A stretch of 15,684 nt of DNA, from NCBI GenBank assembly GCA_051382295.1, contig JBBCAW010000131.1, forward strand, positions 1-15,684. Reading direction: 5' to 3'. The notes beneath the pieces are model-generated. The model saw only the letters and a list, made by a program, of their open reading frames with translations, was not told where the DNA came from and made no database searches. Below are positions 14,465 through 15,684 of this stretch, piece after piece. A program made the translations under genes and the position numbers. This DNA comes from Bdellovibrionota bacterium FG-1. Its GTDB lineage: Bacteria > Bdellovibrionota > UBA1018. The stretch's first letter is position 1. Each line of letters begins with the position of its first letter.

Positions 14465-15216
14465 GAAATTCCATCTTCATGATTTTATTTCTTTTGCTGA
14501 CGCACTCGGTGTTCGCGGCTGAAACAACCGCTCAGATTCATTTTAAACCGGGAGAAATGGGGCTTTTCCCGTTTTTAGAAATGGTTTCTGAAAAGCTCGA
14601 CCTTCAAATCGATGCCTCTTCGCTCGATAATTCTCCGTCTGAGGTGATGACGGTGCCGGATACGGGACCTCTCACTCTCGAGCGAGCTCAAGCGGTGGTG
14701 CTCACGATGCTTGATCTTCATGGCTACGCCTGGATTCATGACACCTCGAATGATTTATATCGAATCCTGCGGCAGCGGGATGCGCGGGATCAGGAGCTCC
14801 CTTTGATCACGGACCCCCGTCAGCTTCCGGATAGTGATTTACTGGTTACGTATATCATTCCTCTGCAGCATATTCCCCCTGAGCCCATTGCTCGTACTCT
14901 TCGCTCCTTTATGCCGGCGAATAGTCGAATTATTCCCGACGACTCGACCCAGTCAGTACTGATTACGGACACCGCGCACAATATTTCCAAACTCAAGGAT
15001 CTGGTCGGTCGACTGGATGTTCCGGAAGTGGCTAAACAGGCCAAGGAAGCGCTATTGGCGGAGAAAAATAATCGTAAGGTCGGCTGTCCGGTTTCTGGGA
15101 ATGGGTCGCAGACCCCGCAATCGTGGGTCCTCATTGCGTTGTTTTCATTGATTGCGCTGGTGATCGGGTTTTTAGCGCGCGGATATGTGATTCGGCGAAT
15201 TGAGGGGGGACTATGA
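14461..15216 (+). CDS. Secretin N-terminal-domain-only protein B (GspD-like N0+N1) with C-terminal TM anchor
   Basis: Signal peptide ending VFA|A; N0-like LFPFLEMVSEKL..VLTMLDLHGYA; N1-like LVTYIIPLQHIPPEPIARTLR..SVLITDTAHNISKL..LVGRLD; C-terminal hydrophobic helix followed by RGYVIRR; AAGGAG RBS and ATGA overlap. Confidence 0.83.
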   Translation: MRNSIFMILFLLLTHSVFAAETTAQIHFKPGEMGLFPFLEMVSEKLDLQIDASSLDNSPSEVMTVPDTGPLTLERAQAVVLTMLDLHGYAWIHDTSNDLYRILRQRDARDQELPLITDPRQLPDSDLLVTYIIPLQHIPPEPIARTLRSFMPANSRIIPDDSTQSVLITDTAHNISKLKDLVGRLDVPEVAKQAKEALLAEKNNRKVGCPVSGNGSQTPQSWVLIALFSLIALVIGFLARGYVIRRIEGGL

Positions 15217-15684
15217 AACTGAAACTCGGATGGAGTTTGTTTTGTGTGGCACTGAATACCCTGGTTTTTGCTGGCGCTATTTTGGCCGCGGAGTCCTCTG
15301 TTGATCAAGAATCCCTGAATAAAAGCCTGCGTCAAGAGGCCATGGGTGGGGTCATCCCTCGGATCGAGCAATTGATTCGGCGCGGAGCCAATATCAACGG
15401 TCAGGCGGCACACGGAGAAACCGCTCTTGAATATGCGATTTGGTTTGGTCGATGGGGCGCCGCACTCAAGCTGATTGAGCTCGGGGCTAATCCAAACTTA
15501 GCGGATGACTCAGGACGAACGCCCCTTTTGCGAGCGGCAGGCGAGTGCAATGCTTCGCGGGTGGTGGAGGCTCTTTTGCGAGCGGGGGCTAAGGTCAATC
15601 ATTACGATTTATACGGCAAAACGGCTTTGATCAATGCAGCTCGTGCGGATTGTGCACGAACGGTGGCGGTGATGCTATTGCGTG
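15213..15684 (+). CDS. Ankyrin-repeat protein with signal peptide (3' end beyond window)
   Basis: Hand translation: MKLKLGWSLFCVALNTLVFAGAILA|AE...LIRRGANIN..HGETALEYA..LIELGANPN..DDSGRTPLLRAA..LLRAGAKVN..DLYGKTALINAA. Frame is open to the window end; ATGA overlap with the previous gene; absent from the ORF track. Confidence 0.92.
   Translation, partial: MKLKLGWSLFCVALNTLVFAGAILAAESSVDQESLNKSLRQEAMGGVIPRIEQLIRRGANINGQAAHGETALEYAIWFGRWGAALKLIELGANPNLADDSGRTPLLRAAGECNASRVVEALLRAGAKVNHYDLYGKTALINAARADCARTVAVMLLR

Noticed and set aside
13655..15216. Single gspD split by a frameshift
   Set aside because: The second ORF has its own RBS and signal peptide and repeats N0-N1 instead of continuing into N2/N3/barrel, so these are paralogs.
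14820..15413. 197-aa minus-strand ORF
   Set aside because: Antisense to secretin-N protein B and the ankyrin gene, both better supported by signal peptides, gene coupling and motifs.
1..15684. CRISPR arrays, tRNA/rRNA genes, IS elements, integrases
   Set aside because: No regularly spaced repeats, cloverleaf-like segments, terminal inverted repeats or transposase/integrase motifs were seen; intergenic gaps are all under about 150 nt.

Overview
Bacterial chromosomal window, gene-dense, about 50-55% GC by eye. The protein style (Cys-rich secreted proteins, Tat-exported HiPIP, GspD-like domains) is compatible with a diderm such as Bdellovibrionota; this taxonomy is inference only. Left, minus strand: HiPIP, pepT, an 18-Cys secreted protein, a small secreted protein, then a 45-codon lipoprotein-like ORF. 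Divergently on the plus strand: a sulfane-sulfur-type operon (rhodanese, BigR/SqrR-like ArsR, DUF2892/YgaP-like protein, membrane rhodanese, OsmC, TolC, RND permease, no periplasmic adaptor). Next come a thiolase, a GT-C-type membrane glycosyltransferase and a vapBC-like module whose toxin is internally deleted. The window ends with an ECF sigma / putative anti-sigma operon encoding two tandem barrel-less secretin N0-N1 (GspD-like) proteins and a signal-peptide ankyrin-repeat protein that runs off the end. That last operon is the best candidate for an undescribed system. All calls come from motif recognition by eye; no searches were run.
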